From Acidobacteriota bacterium (lineage in GTDB: Bacteria; Acidobacteriota; Thermoanaerobaculia; Multivoradales; UBA5704): a stretch of 64,000 nucleotides of DNA. The notes beneath the pieces are model-generated. The model was not told the DNA's origin. It worked only from the letters and a program-made list of their open reading frames with translations, and did no database searches. Positions 9,944 to 19,717 of the stretch are shown here, piece by piece. Made by a program: the position numbers and the translations under genes. Location: the NCBI GenBank assembly GCA_040005235.1, contig JBDTZG010000026.1:1-64000 (forward strand), given 5' to 3'. Each line of letters starts with the position of its first letter. Position 1 is the first letter of the stretch.

Positions 9944-10345
9944 ATGGCCAGCAAAGATCTAGCCGAAGCCCAAGATCACCTGGAAGGCGCCGCGGACTCG
10001 GTGCGCGATGCGGTCGAGGGAGGTCTCGACGATGCCCGCAAGCGGGTGAGCCGCTTCTCCGACGGTGTGCAGGAAAAATATCGCAAGCTGTCCGACGACG
10101 TCCGCGAAGGGGCCGACCGGGCCCGGCGCGAACTTCACCGTGGAGCTCGCGTGGCGCGCGAGCGCTATGACGAAACGGCGGAGGGTGCCCGCCGCACCTA
10201 CGCCAAAGTCCGCTCCAACATGACGGACGTCACCGGTCAGGCCAACGACTACGTGCGGGACAATCCCGGCAAGTCGGTACTGGTCGCCGCGGCAGTCGGA
10301 TTTCTGGTCGGGCTGCTGGTCCGCCGGTCGCGCGACGACGACTAA
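9944..10345 (+). CDS. DUF883/ElaB/YqjD-like tail-anchored protein
   Basis: Coiled N-terminus then YVRDNPGKSVLVAAAVGFLVGLLVRR; AGGAGG SD. Confidence 0.88.
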   Translation: MASKDLAEAQDHLEGAADSVRDAVEGGLDDARKRVSRFSDGVQEKYRKLSDDVREGADRARRELHRGARVARERYDETAEGARRTYAKVRSNMTDVTGQANDYVRDNPGKSVLVAAAVGFLVGLLVRRSRDDD

Positions 10346-10378
10346 AGGCAGGGACCGCGTAAAGACTCGACAGGGCAA

Positions 10379-10413
10379 GCGGCCCGCCTGATCTCGGGCG
10401 GGCCGCCGCTTTC
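10379..10413 (+). terminator. GC-rich hairpin, possible terminator
   Basis: GCGGCCCGCCTGA-TC-TCGGGCGGGCCGC with only a weak T tail. Confidence 0.45.
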
Positions 10414-10508
10414 TCCGAGTGGTTTCGTTTGCCTCCTCGCTTTGCGGCAAACGAAACCGCTACCTCCACACTTATCCATCCCGATTCGCGCCAGAGGAGA
10501 GTGCCGCC

Positions 10509-10769
10509 ATGACCGATTCCGACGCCCCGACTCGCGAGCGTTCCCGCCTCGACGAGCTGGTCGATGACATCTTGCCCGGTGAGTGGGAGCGGCTGGTGCG
10601 CGCCTATCCGGTCCCCGCCCTGCTGGTCGTGGCGGCGGGCGGCTACCTGCTGGGCCGTTACAAAGGGGCCGCCGTGGTTGCGGCACTTTCCGGGGTTGCC
10701 GCCGAACAGGCCGCGCGGCTCGGCAGCGATTTCCTCGGCGGCGGTTCCGCGGACCACGGTCGGGCCTAG
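10509..10769 (+). CDS. small membrane-associated hypothetical protein
   Basis: GAGGAG SD; LVRAYPVPALLVVAAGGYLLGR resembles the DUF883 tail. Confidence 0.7.
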   Translation: MTDSDAPTRERSRLDELVDDILPGEWERLVRAYPVPALLVVAAGGYLLGRYKGAAVVAALSGVAAEQAARLGSDFLGGGSADHGRA

Positions 10770-10778
10770 AATTCCCGG

Positions 10779-11615
10779 GTGAGATCGCTTCTCCACATTT
10801 CGGACATCCATTTCGGTCCCAAGCACCTGCCCCGCCTCGCCGAGGGGGTGCTCGCCCTGGTCGAGGCGCGTCGGCCTGACCTGGTGGTGATCTCAGGCGA
10901 TCTCACACAACGCGCCCGGCCCGAGCAGTTCCGAGCCGCGCGCGAGTTTGTCGATCGAATCGAGCGACTCCCGGTCCCCTCGATCGCTGTGCCGGGCAAC
11001 CACGACGTGCCACTTTGGCGGGTTTGGGAGCGGGCGTTCGATCCGTTCGGGGCCTACGCGAGGCATTTTTCTACCGATCTGGAGCCGGTCTACCGGGACG
11101 ACGAGATGCTCGTCATCGGCATCAATTCGGCCTTCAATTTCACCCGGAAAGACGGCCGCATCCGGTTGAAGCGCCTGCTCGCCGTGCGCGACCTGCTCGC
11201 CGCGGCGCCGAAGAACCTGATCAAGGTCGTGGTGGTCCACCATCACCTGATTCCGCCGCCCAATTTCGGCAGCCAGCGAGTGCTCGCCAACGCCCATGAG
11301 GCGATCGAAATCTTCTCCCGCGCGGGCGTCGACCTGGTCCTCGCCGGCCATCAGCACCAGTCGTTCATCGCCAGCTCCGAAGAGTTTTACCCCGAAGGGC
11401 GCTCGCCGGTTTTGATGGTTCACACGGGTACCACCACCTCCAGCCGAGGCCGGGCCGCCGAACGGGAAAAGAACACCTGCAACTGGATCGAGATCGACGA
11501 GAAGAAGATCGTCGTTTCCCAGCTCCGCTGGCACGACGACCTCTGTCGCTTCGCCGAACAGGGCCGGCACCTCTACCCGCGCCACGGGTGCGTGCCGTGG
11601 ATGTTGGAGGCGTAG
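10779..11615 (+). CDS. calcineurin-like metallophosphoesterase (CpdA/Icc-like)
   Basis: HISDIHFG, SGDLT, PGNHD, HHH and GHQH motifs. Confidence 0.92.
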   Translation: MRSLLHISDIHFGPKHLPRLAEGVLALVEARRPDLVVISGDLTQRARPEQFRAAREFVDRIERLPVPSIAVPGNHDVPLWRVWERAFDPFGAYARHFSTDLEPVYRDDEMLVIGINSAFNFTRKDGRIRLKRLLAVRDLLAAAPKNLIKVVVVHHHLIPPPNFGSQRVLANAHEAIEIFSRAGVDLVLAGHQHQSFIASSEEFYPEGRSPVLMVHTGTTTSSRGRAAEREKNTCNWIEIDEKKIVVSQLRWHDDLCRFAEQGRHLYPRHGCVPWMLEA

Positions 11616-11618
11616 AAC

Positions 11619-12587
11619 ATGACGACCGAAATCGACCGTAGACCTGACGATCTGACCGCCCTCCACGGGGCCGTGGGCCTCATCGATCTCTCCTTCCGCG
11701 GCCGCTTGGAGCTGATCGGAGCCGATCGCCTGCGGTTTTTGAATGGGCAGGTCACCTGCGAAGTCAAAAGCCTTGCGGCCGGCTCGGGTACCTACGGCTT
11801 CTTCACCACCGGCCAAGGAAAGGTGATGGCGGATTTCGGTCTGCTGGCGTTTGAGGACCGGCTCTGGCTCGACCTGCCGGCAGGGCTCGACGACGAGATC
11901 GCGGCGCATCTGGCGAAGTATCTGATCGCCGATCGGGTGGAGGTGAAACGGCTCGACGGTGTCGTACCGCTCGCCCTGGTCGGGCCGGGACTGTCCGCGG
12001 TGTTGCCGGACCTTTCCTCGTTGCCCGAGGGGGAGTGGGGGCACGGAAAGGTCGAAATCGGCGGCGTGGAGGTCGAGCTTTCCCGGCATCCGCATTTCGG
12101 CGCGCCGGGGGCGGTCGCATGGGTGGCGGCCGAATCGGCGGGGCGGTTGACCGAGGCTCTGAGCGAGCGGGGCGCGCGGCCGGTGAGCTTCGAGGCGGTG
12201 GAGATCCTGCGGGTCGAGGCGGGGCTGCCCCGGTTCGGGGTCGATTTCGGGCCGGAGAACTTTCCCCAGGAGACCGGACAGGAAGAGGCCGCGGTCTCCT
12301 ATACCAAGGGGTGTTATCTGGGCCAGGAAGTCGTGGCGCGGATTCACTACCGCGGCGGGGTGCAACGCTCGATGCGGGGGCTGCGCTTCGAGGGCGAGAT
12401 TCCCGAGCGCGGAGCGCCTCTGTCGTTCGAGGGGCGCGAGGCCGGAACGGTCGGAAGTACGGTGAAATCCCCCCGTTTCGGCGGTATCGGCCTTGCCGTG
12501 ATTCACAAGCGGGGGGCCGCGGCGGGCACCCGGCTGACGTTGCCGGACGGTGCCCTCGCCGAGGTGGTGGATCTACCTTTTTCTTAG
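11619..12587 (+). CDS. ygfZ: folate-binding Fe-S maintenance protein YgfZ/GcvT-like
   Basis: KGCYLGQEVVARI signature. Confidence 0.92.
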   Translation: MTTEIDRRPDDLTALHGAVGLIDLSFRGRLELIGADRLRFLNGQVTCEVKSLAAGSGTYGFFTTGQGKVMADFGLLAFEDRLWLDLPAGLDDEIAAHLAKYLIADRVEVKRLDGVVPLALVGPGLSAVLPDLSSLPEGEWGHGKVEIGGVEVELSRHPHFGAPGAVAWVAAESAGRLTEALSERGARPVSFEAVEILRVEAGLPRFGVDFGPENFPQETGQEEAAVSYTKGCYLGQEVVARIHYRGGVQRSMRGLRFEGEIPERGAPLSFEGREAGTVGSTVKSPRFGGIGLAVIHKRGAAAGTRLTLPDGALAEVVDLPFS

Positions 12588-12976
12588 ACCGCGAACGACG
12601 AGCCGCAGCCGCAGCTGCCTTTGGCGTTCGGGTTGTTGAATTTGAAACCCGCTCCGGTGGCGCCGAGGACGTAGTCGATGTTGGTGCCCGAAAGGTAACG
12701 GCCGGAGAGCGAATCGACGAACAGGTTGATGCCGTGCTGGTCGTAGACGTAATCGTTCGGCCGCGGCTCCAGCTCGAAGTCGAGGGCGTACTCGAAACCG
12801 CTACAGCCGCCGCCTCGGACGGCGATGCGCAGGCCGCTCGCCGGATCGAGTCCCTCCTGCTCGCGGGTGATGCGAATCATGTCCGCGGCTTTCTTGGTCA
12901 GGGTCACCGGCATATCGGGGTCGGCCATGGGCAGGGCGCCGGGGGTGGTCGTTTCGGAGATTTCGGTCGTTTCCAT
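12584..12976 (-). CDS. erpA: A-type Fe-S carrier (ErpA/IscA/HesB family)
   Basis: GGGCSGFEY and NPNAKGSCGCGSSF. Start set at METTEI with GGAG upstream. Confidence 0.9.
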   Translation of the reverse strand: METTEISETTTPGALPMADPDMPVTLTKKAADMIRITREQEGLDPASGLRIAVRGGGCSGFEYALDFELEPRPNDYVYDQHGINLFVDSLSGRYLSGTNIDYVLGATGAGFKFNNPNAKGSCGCGSSFAV

Positions 12977-13190
12977 CTTTGCTCCTCGGGCGCGAAAGCC
13001 GGCTCGCGCGGTACGGTACCGATCATTCTGGGGGAGGCGCGGCGCGATGGCAAGCCGGCCGCCCCTGGCTACGGCCCTCAGTTGAGCTCGGGGACGCACC
13101 TTCGTCCCTCCGAGAACAGAGCGGGGCGGCGATCTCTTCCCTTCCCTTAAAGTGTCGCCCGGGTCGATTCTCGCGACAGCCGACCGCGTT

Positions 13191-13901
13191 ATGATCGCGT
13201 CCGTGTTCCGGGCCATCCTTTTCGACTTCAACGGCGTCTTGGTCGACGACGAGCCGCTGCATTTCGAGCTGTTCCAGCGGGTGCTCGCCGAGGAGGGAAT
13301 CGCGCTCTCGACCGAAGACTATTACCAGAAGTTTCTCGGGTTCGACGATCGCGGCTGCCTTTCCGCCGTGCTGCGCTCCGCCGGACAGGAAGCCGATCAG
13401 CCGCGCCTGATGCGCCTGATTGCCAGGAAGGCGCGCTATTACCAGGAGCGCATCCGCGCCGGGGGCTATCCGTTCTTCCCCGGGGCGGTCGAGCTGATCC
13501 GCTCGGTCTCTGCTGCCGGCTGCATGCTGGGAGTGGTCTCGGGAGCGCTCCAAGAGGAGGTCGAGGGGGCTCTGCGCCAGGCGGAATGCCTCGACCTGTT
13601 CAAGACGATCGTCGCCGCCGAAGACGTCACCGAGGGGAAGCCCGATCCGGAGGGGTACAGGAAGGCGCTCGATGCGCTCAATTCCGAGCCGCCGCTGCCC
13701 GCCCGGCTGTTTCATCCCCACGAGGTGCTGGCGATCGAAGACAGCCCCGCCGGGCTGTCGGCGGCCTCCGATGCGGGCTTTAGGACCCTAGGGGTCGCCC
13801 AAACCTATCCGCCCGGACAGCTGGGCCTCGCCGAGAAGGTGGTACCCGCCGTCGCGGGGTTGACCTTTGAAGGGATTCTGGCGCGGTTCCAAGGGGCTTA
13901 A
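13191..13901 (+). CDS. HAD-superfamily phosphatase
   Basis: FDFNGVLVD motif I, KPDPEGY, IEDSPAG. Confidence 0.9.
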   Translation: MIASVFRAILFDFNGVLVDDEPLHFELFQRVLAEEGIALSTEDYYQKFLGFDDRGCLSAVLRSAGQEADQPRLMRLIARKARYYQERIRAGGYPFFPGAVELIRSVSAAGCMLGVVSGALQEEVEGALRQAECLDLFKTIVAAEDVTEGKPDPEGYRKALDALNSEPPLPARLFHPHEVLAIEDSPAGLSAASDAGFRTLGVAQTYPPGQLGLAEKVVPAVAGLTFEGILARFQGA

Positions 13902-13951
13902 GGGCGGGCCAACCGCCCATGGCATACAATCCACCGGCTCGACCGGCCGCT

Positions 13952-14521
13952 ATGCTCAACGTCCCCAACATTTTGAGTCTGTTTCGCATCCTGCTCGTAC
14001 CGCTGATGGTGGTCGCGCTGTTTACGAAACCCAAATACTTCGGCCAGGAGTGGATCGGCCTCGGGTTGTTCCTGCTCGCCTCGCTGACCGATTTTCTCGA
14101 CGGATTCCTGGCGCGGCGGCGAAAGCAGATCACCCGGCTGGGGCAAATTCTCGACCCGGCGGCGGACAAGATCTTGACCTCGGCGGCGTTCATCTCGCTG
14201 GTCGAGCTGAATCCGCGGGTGGTGCCGGCCTGGATCGTGGTGGTGATCATCGCCCGCGAGTTCGCGGTGACCTCGTTGCGCAGCTTCGCCGCGGCGGAAG
14301 GAATCGTCATCCCGGCCGCCCCCTCGGGCAAGGTCAAGACCACGCTTCAGATCGTTGCGATCTCGCTCTTGATCGTCTACAACGAGTTGGGGGAGTTCCG
14401 CCACCTCGCCCCGATCTCCCTCTGGCTCGCCATGCTCGTGACCGTCTGGTCGGGCATCGATTACTTTCTGCAATTCGGCCGCCGCCTCTTAAAAAGCGAA
14501 GGCCCTCCGGTGGTGCCATGA
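13952..14521 (+). CDS. pgsA: CDP-diacylglycerol--glycerol-3-phosphate 3-phosphatidyltransferase
   Basis: NVPNILSLFR, DFLDGFLAR...GQILDPAADK, REFAV, GKVKT. Confidence 0.93.
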   Translation: MLNVPNILSLFRILLVPLMVVALFTKPKYFGQEWIGLGLFLLASLTDFLDGFLARRRKQITRLGQILDPAADKILTSAAFISLVELNPRVVPAWIVVVIIAREFAVTSLRSFAAAEGIVIPAAPSGKVKTTLQIVAISLLIVYNELGEFRHLAPISLWLAMLVTVWSGIDYFLQFGRRLLKSEGPPVVP

Positions 14522-17151
14522 CCCAGACACCCTCCCCGCCCGCGCCGCCGAAGGACCGCATGTATTTGCGATGGATCGCGGAGGTCGCCCATCGCCGCTA
14601 CGGACGGGTGTTGGCGGTCTTCGCTCTGCTGGTCGCGGCTTCGATCGCGCTGGCCGCGAACCTCCGCTTCGACACCGACATGCTCCGTCTGTTGCCGAAG
14701 AAAGATCCTGCGATCTCGGCCTACGTGGATGCGCTCGAACAGTTCGGCATGGGCTCCCTACTGCTGATCGCGGTGCCGATCCCCGAAGGAGCGGTGCTCG
14801 ATCCCTACTTGGGCTATGCCGACGCGCTGGCCGCCGAGGTGGGCAAAGCACCGGAGATCGCGCGGGTCGAATTCAAACTCGGCAATCCGGAGGAGCTGCT
14901 CACCACCTTCTTCCCCAAGGCGGTTCTGTTCCTCGACGACGCGGGACGGCAGGCGCTGGAGGCGAAGTTGTCCGATCCGGCGATCCGCGATCGGGCGGTC
15001 GAGCTGCGGCGGCGTCTCGGCACGCCGCAAGGGGCGGCGCTCAAGGAGCTGTACAAGCTCGACCCGCTCGGACTGGCCGACGTGTTCCTTGGCCGGATGG
15101 AGAGTTCGCGCGGCGCCCTGAACGTCGATTGGACCAGCGGCTACTACCTGTCGAAAGACCATCGCCTGCTGCTGTTGCTCGCGGAGCCGAAGCGGCCGCC
15201 GCAAGATGTGAAGTTCAGCCAGCGGATGGTGATGAGCGTGCGCGAGCGGATCGCAACGACCGGAAAATCGTGGCCCGAGATCGTCGGCGGTGTGAACGGC
15301 GCCGCTAATCCTGGTGATGACGAGAAGGCCTTGAGCGTGCCGGCGGTGCCCGACACGGCGCTCGGCGGTCCGTACCTCACGACGGTCGGCGACGCCAACC
15401 TGCTCGGCTTCGACATGGTGGTCAACATCGCGACCTCGGTGGTCGGCGTGCTGCTCCTGTTCCTGTTCGCGTTTCGCCGGCCGAGCGCGCTGCTTTATGC
15501 CTTCGTCCCCTTGCTCGCCGGCCTGGTCCTGACGTTTGGGTTCGCCAAAATCGCGATCGGCTCGCTCAGCTCGGCGACCAGCGTGGTGGCGGCGCTCCTG
15601 GTCGGCTTGGCGATCGACTTTGTGATCGTCAATTATGGCCGTTTCGTCGAAGAGCGGCGCAACGGCGCCTCGTTCGAGGCGGCGCTGGTGGCGATGAACA
15701 GCCTGTCGGGGCGCGCTGTGCTGACCGGGGCAGTCACCACGGCCGCCACCTTCTATGCCTTCACCACCACGTCGTTCGGCGGCCTGCTCCAGATGGGGCT
15801 GCTCACCGGGACGGGCATTCTCCTGTGCGTGATCTCGGTTCTCTGGCTCCTGCCGGCCCTTCTCGCTTGGCGCGAGGACCGTCATGCGAAGCGCGCGACG
15901 GAGCCGAACCTCTACATCCAGAGCTTTGGAACGAGCCGCTTGATGGCGATGTCGACGCGCCATCCGCGGGCGGTGCTCGGGATCGGCCTGGTGATCACTC
16001 TGCTCGCCGTCTGGAGCGCGCAGAGGGTCACCTTCGACGAGAGCATGAAGACGATGCGCCCGCACGGCAATCCGGGGACCGCGACCACCGACGAGATCGG
16101 CAAACGGTTCGGCTCGGGCTTCGACTCGATGAGCGTCATCGTCCACGGCAAGACGCTCGAAGAGACGCTCGCTCTCGCCGACCGCACCAGCGCGGTGGCG
16201 CAGGGGCTGGTCGATCGAGGGGTGCTCAACAGCGCGAGCGGTGTCGGCTCGCTGATCCCGCCGCTCGAACGCCAGCGGAAAACCCTCGATTGGCTCGCCG
16301 CCGGCCGTTCGGGCCCTCTCGACCTGGCGCGGATTCGCGCGAGCTTCGCCGAGGCGGCGGGCGCCTCTGGCTTGCGGCCGGAATCCTTCGAATCCGGGTT
16401 CGCCCTGCTCAACCAGGCGCTCTCCCTTCCCGGGCCGATCGGGGTCAAGGATTTCCGCAGCTCGCGGCAGACCGACTTGCTGCTCGATCGTTTCCTCGCC
16501 CAGGACGGAGACGCGTGGGTGAGCGCGGTCTACCTCTACCCGCCCCAGAACCGCTGGCGGCGAGAGGCGCCACCGGAGGTGGTGACTGCCATCGCGAAGC
16601 TCGGGCCGAACGCGATCCTAACCGGCAACAATGTGCTCAACCAGCGGGTGCGAACGATGGTGCTCAATGATGCCTGGGTCGCCGGCATCCTCGGCTATCT
16701 GGTCGTCGGGCTGATTGTCTGGATCGACTTCCGCAGTCTCCGCGACGCGCTCTTGGCGCTCGTACCTCTCTCTCTCGGCATCGTGTGGATGGTCGGCGGG
16801 ATGGGCGTGTTCGGCATCAAAATGAACTTCATCAACATTTTCGTCACGACCATGATCATCGGGATCGGAGTCGATTACGGCGTCTACGTCATTCACCGCT
16901 ACCGCGAAACGACGAGCCAGCCCTGGGCCGAGCGCGAGCGGGGGATGACCGAAACCGGAGGCGCCGTGGCGGTGGCGGCGCTTTCGACCATCGTGGGCTT
17001 TGGGTCGATCGGCTTTTCCCACTATCCGGGATTGAAGACGGTGGGTTTCGTGGCGATCCTGGGGGCGCTTTCGACCTGCCTGATTACCATCACCCTGCTG
17101 CCGGCGTACCTGTCTTGGCGGGATCGGCGGACGACCGCGCCGACGGTATAA
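14518..17151 (+). CDS. MMPL/RND family lipid exporter
   Basis: Two repeats of TM plus periplasmic loop plus 5 TM; GLAIDF and GIGVDYG motifs; ATGA overlap with pgsA. Confidence 0.9.
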   Translation: MTQTPSPPAPPKDRMYLRWIAEVAHRRYGRVLAVFALLVAASIALAANLRFDTDMLRLLPKKDPAISAYVDALEQFGMGSLLLIAVPIPEGAVLDPYLGYADALAAEVGKAPEIARVEFKLGNPEELLTTFFPKAVLFLDDAGRQALEAKLSDPAIRDRAVELRRRLGTPQGAALKELYKLDPLGLADVFLGRMESSRGALNVDWTSGYYLSKDHRLLLLLAEPKRPPQDVKFSQRMVMSVRERIATTGKSWPEIVGGVNGAANPGDDEKALSVPAVPDTALGGPYLTTVGDANLLGFDMVVNIATSVVGVLLLFLFAFRRPSALLYAFVPLLAGLVLTFGFAKIAIGSLSSATSVVAALLVGLAIDFVIVNYGRFVEERRNGASFEAALVAMNSLSGRAVLTGAVTTAATFYAFTTTSFGGLLQMGLLTGTGILLCVISVLWLLPALLAWREDRHAKRATEPNLYIQSFGTSRLMAMSTRHPRAVLGIGLVITLLAVWSAQRVTFDESMKTMRPHGNPGTATTDEIGKRFGSGFDSMSVIVHGKTLEETLALADRTSAVAQGLVDRGVLNSASGVGSLIPPLERQRKTLDWLAAGRSGPLDLARIRASFAEAAGASGLRPESFESGFALLNQALSLPGPIGVKDFRSSRQTDLLLDRFLAQDGDAWVSAVYLYPPQNRWRREAPPEVVTAIAKLGPNAILTGNNVLNQRVRTMVLNDAWVAGILGYLVVGLIVWIDFRSLRDALLALVPLSLGIVWMVGGMGVFGIKMNFINIFVTTMIIGIGVDYGVYVIHRYRETTSQPWAERERGMTETGGAVAVAALSTIVGFGSIGFSHYPGLKTVGFVAILGALSTCLITITLLPAYLSWRDRRTTAPTV

Positions 17152-17671
17152 CCTACGAGGACCTGGGACCGCCGAAGCTCCGCGGAAAACGACGGCGGCC
17201 ACGCTGAGTTCGCTCTGCGCGCCCGCAAGCTCACCGACCGCGCACTGGAATTCGCTCACCGCGCGCAGCCGGTCCCTCGGTCCCACGGGAATGCGGTCGC
17301 ACGCACTTGCAATGTGCGAGCGATCTGACCGTGCGCGTCAATCGCCCGCCGGGGGGAGCGCCCGGGACAAGCTTCCTGTAGAGAAGGCGAAAACGGCCAC
17401 TGAAGTCCCATCCTTGCCCAGGATTTCCTCTTCGACCAGCAGTTCTAGGGAGCCCGTCGCGTAACCTCTACCGCCAAGCCCCGTCGGCCAACACCCCCGC
17501 GGCACTTAGCCGACATGCACTTGCCTCTTTTCTTCCCGGAACGCTTGCCATACAGTACTGTCAGGTCATGAAAGCGAGAGATTTGCCAAAGAGCCGGCGG
17601 CTGCCCGGCGCCTGGCGGCGCCGCTTAGCAGCATCACGTTATCCGGCATTCAAGGCGCTGGAGGTTAACTT

Positions 17672-18373
17672 GTGGCTTCCGTATTCTTGAGCCATTCCTC
17701 AACAGACAAGCCATTTGTGCGGAAGCTAGCGCGCTCCTTGGCAACCCGAGGTCATACCGTGTGGCTCGACGAGATCGAACTACAGCCAGGAGATTCGCTG
17801 GTGCAGCGGATTTCCGAGGCGCTAGAAAAAGCGGACTTTGTAGCAGCAGTGATTTCGCCTGCTTCGATCAAAAGTCGATGGGTAAAGAAGGAGCTTCAAC
17901 TCGCCGCCACGAAAGAACTGCGAGACAATCGCACGATAATCCTCCCGATCTTGATTGGCCGTTGCGAAGCGCCTGAATATCTCAGAGACAAACTATACGT
18001 GGATCTTCGCGACGCAAGGCAGTATCGATCCCGCTTGAAGCTGCTGATGCGCCGGCTCGATAACGACCAATACCAGACTCGCGTTCGCTCTCGGGAGAGC
18101 GTACGCCTAGAGGTCAAGGTCACTTTGGCGCGTCTACTAGAGCCAGCTCATTCGCTGAGCTTGAATAATCAGAAGGAACTTCGCGTTAGCGCACTATGCG
18201 GCTGCTTTTACTGTCTAGCGATTTTCCCACCGTCTGAGATCAATTCTTGGATCACCTTTGGAGAGAGCACCGCGATATGCCCGAATTGCGGGATCGACTC
18301 GGTGATCGCCTCCGAGTCTAGCGTACCAATTAGCAAGGCATTCTTGAAAGCTATGCACAAGCGCTACTTCTAG
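17672..18373 (+). CDS. TIR domain protein fused to a CGCFYC...CPxCGIDS zinc-finger-like domain
   Basis: VFLSHSSTDK, VWLDE, ISPASIKSRWVKKEL (catalytic-position Glu) and YVDL are TIR_2 motifs; Cys-rich C-terminus; GGAGG SD before GTG; visibly lower GC. Confidence 0.85.
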   Translation: MASVFLSHSSTDKPFVRKLARSLATRGHTVWLDEIELQPGDSLVQRISEALEKADFVAAVISPASIKSRWVKKELQLAATKELRDNRTIILPILIGRCEAPEYLRDKLYVDLRDARQYRSRLKLLMRRLDNDQYQTRVRSRESVRLEVKVTLARLLEPAHSLSLNNQKELRVSALCGCFYCLAIFPPSEINSWITFGESTAICPNCGIDSVIASESSVPISKAFLKAMHKRYF

Positions 18374-18458
18374 CGCGCTCGCCTGAAAGACAATTTGCAC
18401 TGTCCGCTTCGGATGTGGCCCTCAATAGCTCGGCCCAGGCGGTGATAGGAAGGACGCG

Positions 18459-18902
18459 ATGAGCACCTGGGAGCACCTGTTCCTGACCGGCGAGTTCCGC
18501 GCGCGGACCGATCTGTTGTCCGGGCTCAACCTCGAACAGGTCACGCTGCGCCCGGCCGGAATGTCTCACTCGATCTACGACGAGCTTTGGCATGCGGCGA
18601 CGTGGCAGCGCACGGTCGTGGAGCGCGAGGCGGCGGTCGACGGCGACTACTACCCGAGCGCGGAGCCGGAGCACGAGCAGCAGTGGCACGATGTGGTGCG
18701 CCTGTTCCTGGACGGCGCGCGGGCGGCCGTCGCTTGGTCGGAATCGCCGGAGCGGTTGGCGCTCGAAGTCGAGCCGGGTGTGACGATGGCCGATGAGCTG
18801 CATAGTCTGGCCGTCCACAATGCGTATCACCTCGGCAAGATCGTCGCTTTGCGGCAAATGATCGGCGCGTGGCCGCCGAAGGCAGCGACGGAGGAGTCGT
18901 AG
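18459..18902 (+). CDS. DinB family protein
   Basis: HSIYDELWH and HNAYHLGKIV motifs. Confidence 0.85.
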   Translation: MSTWEHLFLTGEFRARTDLLSGLNLEQVTLRPAGMSHSIYDELWHAATWQRTVVEREAAVDGDYYPSAEPEHEQQWHDVVRLFLDGARAAVAWSESPERLALEVEPGVTMADELHSLAVHNAYHLGKIVALRQMIGAWPPKAATEES

Positions 18903-19001
18903 CGGCAAGGGCAGTGCGACGCCGCCCGACGAGCGGATCCACCCGGACGCTCGCGGCCAGCTGCGCCGGAAGCATGAATTGCCCAGATCTTCTGGACGCC
19001 T

Positions 19002-19028
19002 TGTCGAATTCCGCTCTCCTCGTTCGTC
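19002..19028 (+). promoter_or_regulatory. putative ECF42-type promoter
   Basis: TGTCGA-N17-CGTC, matching the ECF42 consensus as I recall it, 60 nt upstream of the RibD-C/DHFR-like gene. Confidence 0.5.
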
Positions 19029-19088
19029 GTAAGAGGGAAGGCTGGACAACTAGGCTCAAAACTCCAACCCCGGAACACGGAGACGCCA

Positions 19089-19670
19089 ATGAGAAAGCTC
19101 AAAATCATCGAACACATCTCGCTGGACGGCGTGATCCAGCACTCCGCCGATGACGGCGATTTCCCCTACGGCGCCTGGACCGCGCCCTATCGGAGCCCCG
19201 CCGGCCTGGAGGCAATCCTGGCGGCGCAAGGCGACAGCTTCGATCTGCTGCTGGGCCGTCGCACCTACGATATCTGGTCGGGCTACTGGCCCAAGGCGCC
19301 AAGTAGTCCGATGGCGGACGGCCTCAATGCGGCAAGAAAATATGTCGCTACCCACCGTCCGGAAAGTCTTGAATGGGGCCCGTTCGAGGGCCTTGGACCG
19401 GACATCGTCGAGGGCATTCGCCGCATCAAGTCGCAGGACGGCCCGGACCTTATCCTCTCGGGTAGCTCCACGCTGACATCGACGCTGCTCGAACATGGGC
19501 TTGCGGATGAAGTCCTGCTGGCCGTCTATCCGGTCCTGTTGGGCACGGGGAAGCGCTTCTTTGCGGAGGGAACCCCGGCACACTCCTTCGAGCTCGTCAG
19601 CACGAGAGCGATGCCGTCCGGTATCATCCTCAGTGCGTACAAGGTCGCCGGGCCTTTGAAGACCGGATAG
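19089..19670 (+). CDS. dihydrofolate reductase-like (RibD C-terminal domain) protein
   Basis: ISLDGVIQ, LLLGRRTY, GSSTL, PVLLGTGKRFF. Confidence 0.9.
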   Translation: MRKLKIIEHISLDGVIQHSADDGDFPYGAWTAPYRSPAGLEAILAAQGDSFDLLLGRRTYDIWSGYWPKAPSSPMADGLNAARKYVATHRPESLEWGPFEGLGPDIVEGIRRIKSQDGPDLILSGSSTLTSTLLEHGLADEVLLAVYPVLLGTGKRFFAEGTPAHSFELVSTRAMPSGIILSAYKVAGPLKTG

Positions 19671-19717
19671 CTCGACGACGCGGCCCCGGCGCCGGTTCAA
19701 CCCACGAGGAGCTCTCG

